Source: Candidatus Shapirobacteria bacterium (GTDB lineage: Bacteria > Patescibacteriota > Microgenomatia > UBA12405). Taken from it: a stretch of DNA of 64,000 nt. Positions 18,611 to 28,760 of this stretch are shown here, one piece after another. Positions within the stretch are counted from its first letter, which is position 1; each line of letters begins with the position of its first letter. The notes under the pieces were generated by a model. The model worked only from the letters and a program-made list of their open reading frames with translations, was not told where the DNA came from and made no database searches. The stretch is taken from positions 14,249 to 78,248 of the forward strand of contig JACPHO010000001.1 of assembly GCA_016188545.1 (NCBI GenBank). The letters are read 5' to 3'. The position numbers were made by a program, and so were the translations under genes.

Positions 18611-19666
18611 ATGCCTACCAATTTCTTTTTTAGTCTCCTAATCGCCTTTTTACTCTCTTTCATTGCCACACCCCTTGTTCGTAATTTTTTGGTATCCCAC
18701 TCCCTGGTTGAAGATCCTGTAAAAAAGCAAAAAAAAGATAAAAACTCTACCGCCACAGCCGCCATACCTCGGGGTGGAGGAGTACCCATATTTTTGGGAA
18801 TTATTGTTGCAGTGCTGCTTTTCCTTCCTCTTGATCGTCAACTAATAAGTATTATCATCGCTCTGACACTTACTCTAGCTGTTGGAATTTTTGATGACTT
18901 GTTCGACATCAGTCCCAAGTTAAGGCTGGTTACCAACATCACAGCCGCCATTATCGTGGTTGCCTCGGGAATTGGTATCGCCTATATATCAAACCCTTTT
19001 GGCGGAGTATTTGACCTATCTTTTATCCGGATTGAATTTGATTGGTTTGGTCCACATAGTATTTGGTTAATCTCCGATCTTCTGGCTATTTTTTGGATAG
19101 TCTGGTGTATGAATATCACCGGCTGGTCAGGTGGGGTTGAAGGGCAGCTTCCTGGATTTGTGGGTATATCAGCCCTCTTTATCGGACTTTTAGGTCTTAA
19201 GTTTTCTCAGGATATCCAGCAGTGGCCAGTAATTATTTTGGCTGGAGCTGTCTCCGGAGCTTACTTTGGTTTTTTACCTTTCAATTTTTACCCCCAAACC
19301 ATCATGCCTGGATACAGTGCCAAAAGCCTGGCGGGTTTTAGCCTAGGAGTTCTATCAATCCTCTCAGGTGCCAAGTTAGCAACACTTTTTTTACTTCTCG
19401 CCATTCCTATGCTTGATGCAGTTTTTGTTATCGGGCGTCGCTATGTTCAGGGAAGGTCCCTCGTTAAACCGGATGGTCAGCACTTACACCACCTCTTGCT
19501 CCGTCTTGGCTGGAGCCGGCAAAAGATAGCCATTCTTTATTGGCTGGTTAGTTTATGCTTGGGACTAGCAACTTTACTATTTAACACCCAACAAAAACTC
19601 TACGTTTTTATTTTAGTAATAATTACCTTTACAGCCTCTCTTATCAAGATATATCGGCATATTTAG
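18611..19666 (+). CDS. polyprenyl-phosphate N-acetylhexosamine-1-phosphate transferase (MraY/WecA family)
   Basis: 351 aa; DDxxD (IFDDLFDIS), NITGWSGGVEGQ (N..N..DG..GL-like), DGQHLHH motif. Confidence 0.7.
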   Translation: MPTNFFFSLLIAFLLSFIATPLVRNFLVSHSLVEDPVKKQKKDKNSTATAAIPRGGGVPIFLGIIVAVLLFLPLDRQLISIIIALTLTLAVGIFDDLFDISPKLRLVTNITAAIIVVASGIGIAYISNPFGGVFDLSFIRIEFDWFGPHSIWLISDLLAIFWIVWCMNITGWSGGVEGQLPGFVGISALFIGLLGLKFSQDIQQWPVIILAGAVSGAYFGFLPFNFYPQTIMPGYSAKSLAGFSLGVLSILSGAKLATLFLLLAIPMLDAVFVIGRRYVQGRSLVKPDGQHLHHLLLRLGWSRQKIAILYWLVSLCLGLATLLFNTQQKLYVFILVIITFTASLIKIYRHI

Positions 19667-20435
19667 CCAATATCCAGCCACTTTTACCGTTACCCAAGTC
19701 AATCTTCAGCCACTCTTTATCCTGATCGATCATTCGATATTTTTCATTTGGTTTAACTTTAGTTACTTCTGCTCCGCTGCTGCTCGGGGTATCACGAACT
19801 CGTAGCCAGCCAGTCTCAGTTTCCTTAATCATAATTAAGTGGCCGGCAGGTTCAGTACTTATTGGAGTAGGTGCTGCGGATGGGGTTGTCGCCACCGCTT
19901 TTTCTTCCGATAGGTCGGTTTCGACTACTAGCTGATATCCGTTAACCAGTCTCACATATGAGTTGATACTCTTATGCCCAGGAAAAGAAACCGTCAATTT
20001 TTTATCACCTTCCCCTATATTTTCAATCCGCACTGGGCTATAACCTTTCACCTCATCATCCACAAAAACAGTCGAACGATCTGGTCTAGAGCTGACCATT
20101 ATTCCTGCCTTTTCTATGTTTCCAGTAGCTTCAAAATAGAGTGTATATCCTCCATTTTCGCCGTTATCTCCAAATTCACGGTTGATTACTGTGTTTGCCC
20201 CATTCTGCAAGTGTATGTTTTTGGTCCATTCCTGTCCGTTGGTAGCCAATTTTATTTTTAGTTCACCTGGCTTTACCGTGTTGTTTTTATATGGTGTCAT
20301 CCCTGCTTCTTTATCGTTGATAAACACCTTTGCCGGTGGATAGGATATAATTTCAATACCAGATTTCTGCATGTTAAAGTTGCATCCAGATAGTACCAAG
20401 CTAAATAACAGCACCGCTAACGCCCGCAGTTTCAT
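19644..20435 (-). CDS. lipoprotein (putative)
   Basis: 263 aa; lipobox LSGC after signal peptide. Confidence 0.45.
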   Translation of the reverse strand: MKLRALAVLLFSLVLSGCNFNMQKSGIEIISYPPAKVFINDKEAGMTPYKNNTVKPGELKIKLATNGQEWTKNIHLQNGANTVINREFGDNGENGGYTLYFEATGNIEKAGIMVSSRPDRSTVFVDDEVKGYSPVRIENIGEGDKKLTVSFPGHKSINSYVRLVNGYQLVVETDLSEEKAVATTPSAAPTPISTEPAGHLIMIKETETGWLRVRDTPSSSGAEVTKVKPNEKYRMIDQDKEWLKIDLGNGKSGWILAKYADIS

Positions 20436-21411
20436 ATCATCAAGTATACTAAATCAAATGCGTGCAGTGCGAATCCTCTTACCATTGTTGTTTATAGCTA
20501 CCAGTATTGCTTTCTTTTCTAATATCTACACCACCACCCAACAACTCGTCATTAGCCCTTCCTCAGACACGACTCTTGACTCACCAACCATTTCTCCCTC
20601 CACAACCCCCACTCCTGTACCTGCGCTAACTATAGGGCTTGCTGGCGATCTTGGACTTGGACGACATATTACTTCAACTGCTCGTTCCAAAAACGATTTC
20701 ACCTGGAGTTTTAAAGAAATCAGCCCCTGGCTCATGGAAAATACTTTTAATCTTGCCAATCTCGAATCACCCATCATTCCCCTCTGTCCAGAAGGTAAGA
20801 CGGGGACATTTACTTTTTGTGGAGATGAAAGATTTATTCCAGAACTAGCCAAAAATAAGTTTTTTCTCAACTTAAATAATAACCATATTCTCAACTATCA
20901 CCCCCAAGGACTTATAGATACCAAAAACCTTTTAACTAGAGCGTCTATCCCATATTTTTTTGATGATCTACTTATAAAAGAAGTCAACGGAGTCCGTCTT
21001 GGATTTCTCGGGTATGATTTCATAACCTACCCCTCCCTTGATAAACAAAAAATAATCGATACGATTAAAACTTCAAAACCAAAAGTTGACTATCTATTTA
21101 TTTCCATTCATTGGGGAAATGAGTATCTCCCCGTAGCCGAGAAGTGGCGTGTCGATTTTGCTCGCCAAATGGTTGACGCTGGAGCAGACATTATTCATGG
21201 CCACCACCCCCATGTTTGGCAGGGTGTCGAAAAATATAAAGATAGTCTAATTTTTTATTCATTCGGTAACTTCGTTTTTGACCAAAGTTGGTCCTATGAA
21301 ACTTCCCACTCCCAAATTGCCCGACTTAAGATCCAAAAAGGGGAGCCACTAACTTATGAACTTTTTCCGATAGAAATTCGGTCTAACTCTCAACCTGTAT
21401 TAATGCCTTAA
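20371..21411 (+). CDS. CapA-family metallophosphatase (poly-gamma-glutamate/capsule synthesis protein-like)
   Basis: 346 aa (start may be the internal Met near 20461); NLESPI, GADIIHGHHPHVWQG, FGNFVFDQ motifs. Confidence 0.6.
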   Translation: MLKLHPDSTKLNNSTANARSFISSSILNQMRAVRILLPLLFIATSIAFFSNIYTTTQQLVISPSSDTTLDSPTISPSTTPTPVPALTIGLAGDLGLGRHITSTARSKNDFTWSFKEISPWLMENTFNLANLESPIIPLCPEGKTGTFTFCGDERFIPELAKNKFFLNLNNNHILNYHPQGLIDTKNLLTRASIPYFFDDLLIKEVNGVRLGFLGYDFITYPSLDKQKIIDTIKTSKPKVDYLFISIHWGNEYLPVAEKWRVDFARQMVDAGADIIHGHHPHVWQGVEKYKDSLIFYSFGNFVFDQSWSYETSHSQIARLKIQKGEPLTYELFPIEIRSNSQPVLMP

Positions 21412-21958
21412 GTACTTCTTCTGGTGTTTCTACTGTTGCCACCACCCTTTTTTCTTTTTCTTCAAAATGCATTTTGCCGATAATATCTTTAACGATTATT
21501 TCCCATTCTCTTCCAACAAATATCAGTGGTTCGTGATGGCCATATTCAAACTTTGCCAGTTCCCAAACTAACCCAACTTCGGCCAGTGTTCCCGTGCCAC
21601 CTTTAAAAATAACAAAGGAATCAGCTATCTCCACCAATTTGCTAACTCTCTCGTGAATATTCTTAGTTTTATAAATTTTTTCTGCATAATCCATGTTTCC
21701 CTTGTCACTACCCTCATAATTTCCTGGTTCAAACTTTGGGTCGATTATTACTAGTTCAACTTTCCCCCCACCCATCTCGGCTCCATCCGTCGATGCCTTC
21801 ATGATTCCTGGTCCACCACCGTTAACCACTATATATCCATTTTCTGCCAATAGCTTGGCTGTACTTTTCGCCAATACACAAGAGGTGTCATTTTCCGGTA
21901 AGTCAGCATCGCCAAAAAATGCCACCCGTTTTATTTTTTTGTCAGTTTTAGCGATCAT
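21383..21958 (-). CDS. LOG-family nucleotide-binding protein (TIGR00730, cytokinin riboside 5'-monophosphate phosphoribohydrolase-like)
   Basis: 191 aa; GGGPGIM, Rossmann-like. Confidence 0.7.
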   Translation of the reverse strand: MIAKTDKKIKRVAFFGDADLPENDTSCVLAKSTAKLLAENGYIVVNGGGPGIMKASTDGAEMGGGKVELVIIDPKFEPGNYEGSDKGNMDYAEKIYKTKNIHERVSKLVEIADSFVIFKGGTGTLAEVGLVWELAKFEYGHHEPLIFVGREWEIIVKDIIGKMHFEEKEKRVVATVETPEEVLKALIQVES

Positions 21959-22395
21959 TTGTTTATAAAACTTTTTAATTTTTGGTCAAAAGTTACACTG
22001 TGATAGGCCTCTGGTAACAGCTCGTGTAGTAACTTACTCTGATATTCTCCACTTTGTTTGGCAGATATTACCTCGATTTCTTTATTTGTAGTCTGATAAA
22101 ACTGGACCAGGTACTGAAGACAAGTCCCACAAGGAAATATAAATTCTTTCTCGTCCACAACTAATATTGCTTTTATGTTGTATTTTCCATGAACTACCGC
22201 ATGATTTAGAGCGCTCGACTCTGCACATGTACCCATTCCCGATATCACCCCATCAACATTACACCCCCCATATATTTCTCCATCATCTGTTAAAACCGCA
22301 GCCCCAAACGAATGATTGGATTTAAAAATAAAAGCATTATCTTCCGCCTCGTTGGCGACTTTCAACATTTTTTCAATTATTTCTTTATCAAGCAT
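21955..22395 (-). CDS. cdd: cytidine/deoxycytidylate deaminase
   Basis: C..AE....PCGTC zinc-binding motif; the annotated ORF (to 22452) overlaps rpe, so the start is probably the internal Met at 22395. Confidence 0.65.
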   Translation of the reverse strand: MLDKEIIEKMLKVANEAEDNAFIFKSNHSFGAAVLTDDGEIYGGCNVDGVISGMGTCAESSALNHAVVHGKYNIKAILVVDEKEFIFPCGTCLQYLVQFYQTTNKEIEVISAKQSGEYQSKLLHELLPEAYHSVTFDQKLKSFINK

Positions 22396-22978
22396 TTCTG
22401 AGCTTCCAATAATTAACTTCAGAATACACAATATCTGCTCCGGCTTCCTCAATCGCTTTCACATTATCAGTATCAGCCCCGCCATCTATTCCCACAATAT
22501 ATCCCATGTCCTTAATTTTTTTGATTTTATCAAGTACTTTTTTCTCAAACTCAAAATAACCAAAACCTGCCTTTCTGCCCATCAGTAGCACTATATCCCA
22601 ATCTCCTACAATTTTATCAACCTCCGTGTCCACATCAAAAGCTAGACCAGCCTCAGCTCCCTCATTCTTTATCTTTTCCAAAAAATCTTCTCGACTACTC
22701 ATCATTTCAACTTGTCCAATAACTCTACTTGCCCCTATATGGATTGCTTTATTTACCCAAGTACTAGGTTCTTTAACCATCAGATGGACATCCCACAAAT
22801 TGTTAGGGGTCTCAAAGTCTAGTTTACCCATAAGGTCCAAATCAAAGGTTCTTCCTGTCGCAAAAACACCATCACAAACATCAACCTGAATCCACCTTGA
22901 AGCATCTTTTAGTTTTTTGATAGCTTCTTCAGCATCATAGAAGTCCTTTTTTAATCCAGCAGTCGGAATTATTTGCAT
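22388..22978 (-). CDS. rpe: ribulose-phosphate 3-epimerase
   Basis: 196 aa; QVDVCDGVF, HLMV, GIDGG motifs. Confidence 0.7.
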   Translation of the reverse strand: MQIIPTAGLKKDFYDAEEAIKKLKDASRWIQVDVCDGVFATGRTFDLDLMGKLDFETPNNLWDVHLMVKEPSTWVNKAIHIGASRVIGQVEMMSSREDFLEKIKNEGAEAGLAFDVDTEVDKIVGDWDIVLLMGRKAGFGYFEFEKKVLDKIKKIKDMGYIVGIDGGADTDNVKAIEEAGADIVYSEVNYWKLRNA

Positions 22979-24003
22979 ATATACATTGCCATTTCAATTA
23001 GACGGCAGGAATAGCCGTATTCGTTATCGTACCATGCTCCAATACAAACCATATCATCAGCCACTACATTAGTCATACGGGTATCAATCACACAAGATGC
23101 GTTGTTACCAATGATATCGGAAGATACTAACGGCTCATAAGTTACCTTGACCTTCCCCACCATTTCTGGACTGACACTGGCATCTTCAAAAATGGAGTTA
23201 ACTTCTTCGATAGTTGTCTTGCGAACCATTTTAAAAGTCAGGTCTGAGTAGCTTCCACAAATGACTGGCACCCGTATAGCTGTTCCAGCAAATCTACCCT
23301 TAGCTTCCGGGTAGGCGGCAATTACTGCCTCAGCTGCTCCAGTGGCAGTTGGCACTATGTTAATAGCTGCTGCACGTGCTCGGCGAGGATCTTTCCCGCT
23401 TCCATCAACAATATTTTGATTAGTTGTATACGCATGAATGGTGGTTAGTGATCCTTCTTGAAACCCAATTTTCTCATCAATCAGTTTGACGATCGGTGCC
23501 ACACAGTTTGTTGTACAAGAACCATTTGACACTAATTTTTCACCTTTATATCTATTTTCATTAACTCCCAGAATGAACACTGGAATTTTTGGGTCCTTGG
23601 CAGGGGCTGAGATCACCACTTTCTTAGCACCTCCGTTTAAGTGTAAAAGTGCCTTACTGTCAGTAAAAGCTCCAGTGCATTCTAATACCACCCCAACTCC
23701 ATAGTCGCCCCATTTTATTTTCCCAGGGTCACTTTCACCCAGTAGGGGAATGACAACATCACCAACTACCAGTCGGCCTATCTCTCCGCCTTTTTGTGGA
23801 TCAGATGTCTCCACTTTCATGGGAACTCTTCCGTATACTGAGTCATATTTAAACTGGTTGGCGTAGGACTCAGCGCTTAGGTCACCTTTAGTATTAATGG
23901 CAGCCACTTCAACATCGTATTTTTCCATTAGTATTGCCCTTAGTACTACTGTGCCAATTCTTCCAAAACCGTTTATACCTACTTTCAATTTTTTATTCTG
24001 CAT
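22969..24003 (-). CDS. gap: glyceraldehyde-3-phosphate dehydrogenase
   Basis: 344 aa; NGFGRIG, SCTTNCVAP. Confidence 0.9.
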   Translation of the reverse strand: MQNKKLKVGINGFGRIGTVVLRAILMEKYDVEVAAINTKGDLSAESYANQFKYDSVYGRVPMKVETSDPQKGGEIGRLVVGDVVIPLLGESDPGKIKWGDYGVGVVLECTGAFTDSKALLHLNGGAKKVVISAPAKDPKIPVFILGVNENRYKGEKLVSNGSCTTNCVAPIVKLIDEKIGFQEGSLTTIHAYTTNQNIVDGSGKDPRRARAAAINIVPTATGAAEAVIAAYPEAKGRFAGTAIRVPVICGSYSDLTFKMVRKTTIEEVNSIFEDASVSPEMVGKVKVTYEPLVSSDIIGNNASCVIDTRMTNVVADDMVCIGAWYDNEYGYSCRLIEMAMYICK

Positions 24004-25042
24004 AACTTAATGATATAGCATTTACCACTCGCTTCGCTACTCTTGGCTTCTGTAGTTCGTGATCTGGCACCGCTCTGGCTCTTTCCACCACTTTGTCAAG
24101 CCTAATCGGCATAAAAAATACCACGGCTCCAACCAGATCCTCACCTTCATCATTTCTCCTCATGGACTCAGCAAAATCTCGAAATATTCCCATACTAGCT
24201 CTAAACTTTCTTATCTCATCCACGTTATCATGTGTTCGTTCAAACGATCTTCCGCACTCCGCAAATGAGTTTGCGTCCAGCACATCATACTCTTGTGGAA
24301 AATCATGCCTTCCTTGGCGCACTTTAACTTGATAAAAAGTAGTTTTTCCATTTCCATTATCTGCAATCAAATCAACTTTATTATCCTGGTCATCAGCCTC
24401 ACTTCCAAATCGGACATTTTCCATTCCCATATCTTTCAGTAACCAAAAGGCAGCCATCTCTGCTTCGATTCCGTTGATGTATCGTAATCGTTTTCGCTCT
24501 CCCAGAAGCCTAAGAATCTTAGGGTTATCAAATACAGAATCAAACATTTTATACGATTGAACTTTGTCATATCCCAGCTCCCCAACGCATATTTCCATCA
24601 AATCTTTCCATGCTTTTCCAAAAGCCATTCCTTCATGCTTCTCTTCCTTAATGTTATGGTTTCTACTTAGTGACTCTATAAGACTATTAGTGGTGGCACA
24701 GCCATTAGCTACCAAAAAAACCAACTTCCTTTGGTCTTCACTAGTTGAATCAAACCCTCTCTGATCTACTTCATTCTTAGCCCAGACCCATTCCAAACTA
24801 TCATGTGACATATCACTTTCCAATATTTGAACTGCTTTCACAATTCTATTCGGTCTAGGTAAGTTTTCGAAACGAGCCTGAACCTTATGATCGGCTTGTC
24901 TGATAGAGGATTCTCTGATTTTTGGTCCTGGATCATCCATACACCACTCAACCAGTCGTTTACTCGAGTCAATTTGTTTTTCCCTACCATCCAATGGAGC
25001 TGCTAACCACTCAAATGTCGGAAGTGATCTTGCTCTTCCCAT
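23993..25042 (-). CDS. hypothetical protein with C-terminal PD-(D/E)xK / Mrr-like nuclease motif
   Basis: 349 aa; VDLIADNGNGKTTFYQVKV resembles the Mrr-cat D...QxK core; tightly packed between pgk and gap (start 2 nt after pgk stop, end overlapping gap start). Confidence 0.4.
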   Translation of the reverse strand: MGRARSLPTFEWLAAPLDGREKQIDSSKRLVEWCMDDPGPKIRESSIRQADHKVQARFENLPRPNRIVKAVQILESDMSHDSLEWVWAKNEVDQRGFDSTSEDQRKLVFLVANGCATTNSLIESLSRNHNIKEEKHEGMAFGKAWKDLMEICVGELGYDKVQSYKMFDSVFDNPKILRLLGERKRLRYINGIEAEMAAFWLLKDMGMENVRFGSEADDQDNKVDLIADNGNGKTTFYQVKVRQGRHDFPQEYDVLDANSFAECGRSFERTHDNVDEIRKFRASMGIFRDFAESMRRNDEGEDLVGAVVFFMPIRLDKVVERARAVPDHELQKPRVAKRVVNAISLSYAE

Positions 25043-25043
25043 G

Positions 25044-26075
25044 TTATTCCCATGCTGGCAGACTGCCCTTCGTCAGTAGTTCTAACATCATCCCTCCACC
25101 AGAAGCGATTAAGTCAATTTGTTCTTTCATCCCCAAACTTTCTACAGATGCTGTCGTATCCCCACCAGCCAGTACTTTATACCCTGGACTACTGGCCACA
25201 GCCATGGCTATTTCTTTTGTTCCTTCTTTACAGTCATCCTTTTCAAACCACCCCATGGCTCCCGCCCAGACAACCATTTTTGACTGGCCGATAATTTCTT
25301 TAAATTGAGCTATGTCTTCTTTACTTAGATCAAATCCATCTTCTCGTAATTTTGCAACTTTTATTTTTTCACTTTTAACTATTAACTCTTCACTATTATT
25401 AATTAATAGTGGCAATTTCCCCCCAATTAACACATGATCGGCAATTTTTAGAAGTTCCGGCAAATGACTTAATTTATCTGCTTTTGCTCCACCCAATACG
25501 ATAGTCAATGGGTGACTAGGATCATCAACTACTTTTAATATTTTTTCTACTTCGGAAATAAACGCCAATCCATAAAATCCTGGCAAACTTTTATAAAGCA
25601 TATTAGATCTTTCCTTTCGGTGGGACACCGCCAGAGCATCATTTACAAAAAATTGGCAGATTTCCACAAGATTTTTTAAAAAGTCACTATCATTTGCCTC
25701 TTCACCTTTCCAGAATCTCAGGTTCTCCAAAAATACTATTTGATTTGTTGCCATCGCCATATCCAGCTTTTCAAAGTTACCCACATCCTCCACAAAAATA
25801 CTCTCTATCAAATTTTCACCGTTTGGTTCGAGTAAGCTCATTAGTTCCACATACACCGGTCTCATTGAATATTTTGGGTCATGCCCTTCAGGACGACCAA
25901 GCTTACCCACTATAGAGACCTGACATTTTTTGGCGAGCAGTAGTTTTATAGTAGGAATCGATTTTACTAGTCGGTAGTTATCGCTGATATCCCCATCATT
26001 CATTGGCACGTCTAAGTCTAGTTTTAGAATTACTTTTGTCTCTGGTAATATTTCCTCAACCGATCTCAGCTTCAT
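25044..26075 (-). CDS. pgk: phosphoglycerate kinase (short form)
   Basis: 343 aa; GRPEG, FLENLRFWKGEE, LGGAKADKL, WAGAMGWFE, AGGDT motifs. Confidence 0.85.
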   Translation of the reverse strand: MKLRSVEEILPETKVILKLDLDVPMNDGDISDNYRLVKSIPTIKLLLAKKCQVSIVGKLGRPEGHDPKYSMRPVYVELMSLLEPNGENLIESIFVEDVGNFEKLDMAMATNQIVFLENLRFWKGEEANDSDFLKNLVEICQFFVNDALAVSHRKERSNMLYKSLPGFYGLAFISEVEKILKVVDDPSHPLTIVLGGAKADKLSHLPELLKIADHVLIGGKLPLLINNSEELIVKSEKIKVAKLREDGFDLSKEDIAQFKEIIGQSKMVVWAGAMGWFEKDDCKEGTKEIAMAVASSPGYKVLAGGDTTASVESLGMKEQIDLIASGGGMMLELLTKGSLPAWE

Positions 26076-26502
26076 ATTTTTTTATTTTATTAATTCTTCT
26101 AATATACCTCTCTTCTGAGCCAAACATTGTTGCCAGAAAAACTGACACTATCTTCATGTTCTCATCCACACTGACGGCATCAGCTGATAGGCAAACAACA
26201 TTGATATCGTCGTCGTTTCGGGCAGCTCTGGCTTGTTTTTCAAAAGTACAAAGCCCAGCTCTAATCCCTTTTACTTTATTGACGGCAATTGATGCTCCGG
26301 CGCCTGATCCACAAACCAGTATTCCTCTACCATTTTCGACCGCCACCTTTTCACCAATTTTTATAGCAAAGTCGGCATAGTCGTCTTCCTTTTCGTACGA
26401 ATTTGCCCCCAGATCTCTAAATTCATAGTGCTCTGACTCCATCCATTTTTTTATCTCCTCTTTGAGCCTAAATCCGCGGTGATCAGCAGCAATATATATC
26501 AT
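26056..26502 (-). CDS. rpiB: ribose-5-phosphate isomerase B
   Basis: 148 aa; GILVCGSGAGASIAVNK. Confidence 0.8.
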   Translation of the reverse strand: MIYIAADHRGFRLKEEIKKWMESEHYEFRDLGANSYEKEDDYADFAIKIGEKVAVENGRGILVCGSGAGASIAVNKVKGIRAGLCTFEKQARAARNDDDINVVCLSADAVSVDENMKIVSVFLATMFGSEERYIRRINKIKKYEAEIG

Positions 26503-26522
26503 CTACTATAATATTACCACCG

Positions 26523-27215
26523 ATGTCTACTATCACTCTCTTAGGTCATGACTATTCGTATACGATAACCCGTAAGCTAATCAGAAGCCTATCTATCCGA
26601 ATTCACTCACGTCGTACTTTTTCGGTTTCCGCTCCACACTTAACCCCAGCTTTTTATATAGAACGCTTTATAAACGAACACTCGGCATGGATAGTCAAAA
26701 ATTCTAGTAAAATTACTAAGAAAAAAACACTAAAAAGTCTAAAAACATTAAAAATAGTCGATAAAGAGTACAAAATATTGATAACAAAATCAAAAATGGA
26801 TTCCGTTGTAATTTTCAAAGAAGAACAAAAAATTTATGCAAATTCTACAGCATTGACCAATATTCATTTAAAAAAACTTTTTGACACCCGTTTTCGCCCC
26901 TTTGCACTATCAATTATCAGTGAAGAATTAAAAAAACTGTCCCAAGAATTTGGTTTTAGTTACAGCAGAGTCTCTGTCAAAAACACCACCTCTCGTTTTG
27001 GTTCCTGCTCCAGTCGAAATAATCTAAACTTTAACTGGCAAATTATTTTTCTACCGTATCCTATTTTTCGTCACATTCTACTTCATGAGTTAAGCCACAC
27101 TGTCCATCACAACCATTCCAATAAGTTTTGGTCCCACCTAGCTGCTTGCGATCCTGATTGGAGAGTCAACCGACGCTATCTAAAAGCCCATGCCAGCTCT
27201 CATTTTATTATCTAA
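26523..27215 (+). CDS. YgjP/DUF45 (WLM-like) zinc metallohydrolase
   Basis: 230 aa; HELSHTVHHNHSNKFW motif. Confidence 0.65.
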   Translation: MSTITLLGHDYSYTITRKLIRSLSIRIHSRRTFSVSAPHLTPAFYIERFINEHSAWIVKNSSKITKKKTLKSLKTLKIVDKEYKILITKSKMDSVVIFKEEQKIYANSTALTNIHLKKLFDTRFRPFALSIISEELKKLSQEFGFSYSRVSVKNTTSRFGSCSSRNNLNFNWQIIFLPYPIFRHILLHELSHTVHHNHSNKFWSHLAACDPDWRVNRRYLKAHASSHFII

Positions 27216-27230
27216 ATTATCTAATATTTT

Positions 27231-28319
27231 TTGTATAATACACACATGGACCCGTCAAAATCTCTTGTTTTCTACATCATAAGGGAAAAAAGTGAAGATG
27301 CTGCAAAAGACTTTCCCAACCTTATTTATGACATTCGTAACGCTTATGTCTTTGTCGATGTCATCGAAAGTTCCCCTCGCTCAGTCACCCTATCCGGTGA
27401 TGCGTCCTACAAATCAGAACTCGAGTATCTTACTACCGACAAACCCGAAAAATTTTCTAATTATTCCTTTTGCGCAAAACTAACAATTACCCAAGAAGAT
27501 TATTTAACCTTCAACAAGCTCCGCCAGTTCCTATCCCACCACCGCTACGAATATCGTATCTATAGCAATCAGCTCCATTCTTATCTTCCTAAGGACAGCG
27601 AACTTATCAATCTAGAATTTGGTTCAGTCAATCTTAAAACTTTTGAAGCTCTCAAAAAATTCTCTCTCATCCCCATCTATTTCTCCCAAAAGAATCGTAA
27701 CTATTACGCTATCAATTTGACCGATAAAAAAGTTCACCTAGTCAACCCCCATCTTCTCGCATTTATTTTTGACAAAACAATTCCCGAATCCACCATGCCC
27801 GAACTGAGTTATCCAGTTGCTCAAGATCTAAACCTTTTTTCAGCAATGTACGACAAACAACTTATACCCACTGACTTTTATCAATATTTCCAAAAATCTA
27901 CCAAGGTAATCAATAATAGTAACTTTGATATCGACAACCCCGGTCGAAAAGTTTTTATCAAACCATATATTCTAGAATTCAATGACAAAAACGGCGAGTT
28001 CTACACTTACGCCGGACCAGAGGGCGCCTCAATGCTATTAATGTCCAAAATCTTAAGAGGCGAGACTCTAGAAACTTGCTTACTACGTGTACTCAAAGAA
28101 GAACTGGGTATAGCCGAGGATTTTGTCGGCGCTTTTGTGTCACATGATATTGAGTTTGACCGTGATCGGGAAGGGAGACTCACTCCACGTCTAGTTGTCT
28201 TTGTTTATGTTGATAAAATCATCAACAAGGATAGGGCTCTTCAAATGAGTCAAACTGGTTGGCGCTCAGTCGATGGAAAGATCCCAAATTTGACCACACA
28301 AAATAAATCAAAAAGTTAG
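27231..28319 (+). CDS. hypothetical protein with degenerate C-terminal Nudix-like box
   Basis: 362 aa; GETLETCLLRVLKEELGI approximates GX5EX7REUXEEXGU with substitutions. Confidence 0.35.
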   Translation: MYNTHMDPSKSLVFYIIREKSEDAAKDFPNLIYDIRNAYVFVDVIESSPRSVTLSGDASYKSELEYLTTDKPEKFSNYSFCAKLTITQEDYLTFNKLRQFLSHHRYEYRIYSNQLHSYLPKDSELINLEFGSVNLKTFEALKKFSLIPIYFSQKNRNYYAINLTDKKVHLVNPHLLAFIFDKTIPESTMPELSYPVAQDLNLFSAMYDKQLIPTDFYQYFQKSTKVINNSNFDIDNPGRKVFIKPYILEFNDKNGEFYTYAGPEGASMLLMSKILRGETLETCLLRVLKEELGIAEDFVGAFVSHDIEFDRDREGRLTPRLVVFVYVDKIINKDRALQMSQTGWRSVDGKIPNLTTQNKSKS

Positions 28320-28754
28320 CTGGCTAATCTTTTCACAAAACTCAACTGAGTATTTATCACCAAATGCCTTTGAGGCATCAAGAGGTGACATCCATTCAAA
28401 ACTATCGTGTTCATAGTTTAACTTAATTTCTCCATCTGCCACTTCGGTCTTATAGATAGCCAGTATTAATCCCACGTCTCCGGCGATTTCGTTTTTCAAT
28501 CTAATCTGGGAAAATACTGTTGCAAAATAAGATGAATTTACAACTGTATAACCAGTTTCTTCCATCACTTCCTTGGCCAATGTTGATCCTATAGTATCAC
28601 CCCTCTCCACTCTGCCCCCTGGGATATCGTATTTCACCCCGCCGGTGTATCCCTTTACATTTTCAATTGCTTTCTGGCTAACTTTTAAAACTAATATTTG
28701 ACCCTTTCCATTACTAATAATTGCTTTGACACCGAGGTTAGATAAGTCTTCCAT
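28308..28754 (-). CDS. NUDIX hydrolase
   Basis: 148 aa; GGRVERGDTIGSTLAKEVMEETGY. Confidence 0.7.
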   Translation of the reverse strand: MEDLSNLGVKAIISNGKGQILVLKVSQKAIENVKGYTGGVKYDIPGGRVERGDTIGSTLAKEVMEETGYTVVNSSYFATVFSQIRLKNEIAGDVGLILAIYKTEVADGEIKLNYEHDSFEWMSPLDASKAFGDKYSVEFCEKISQLTF

Positions 28755-28760
28755 AGCCGA

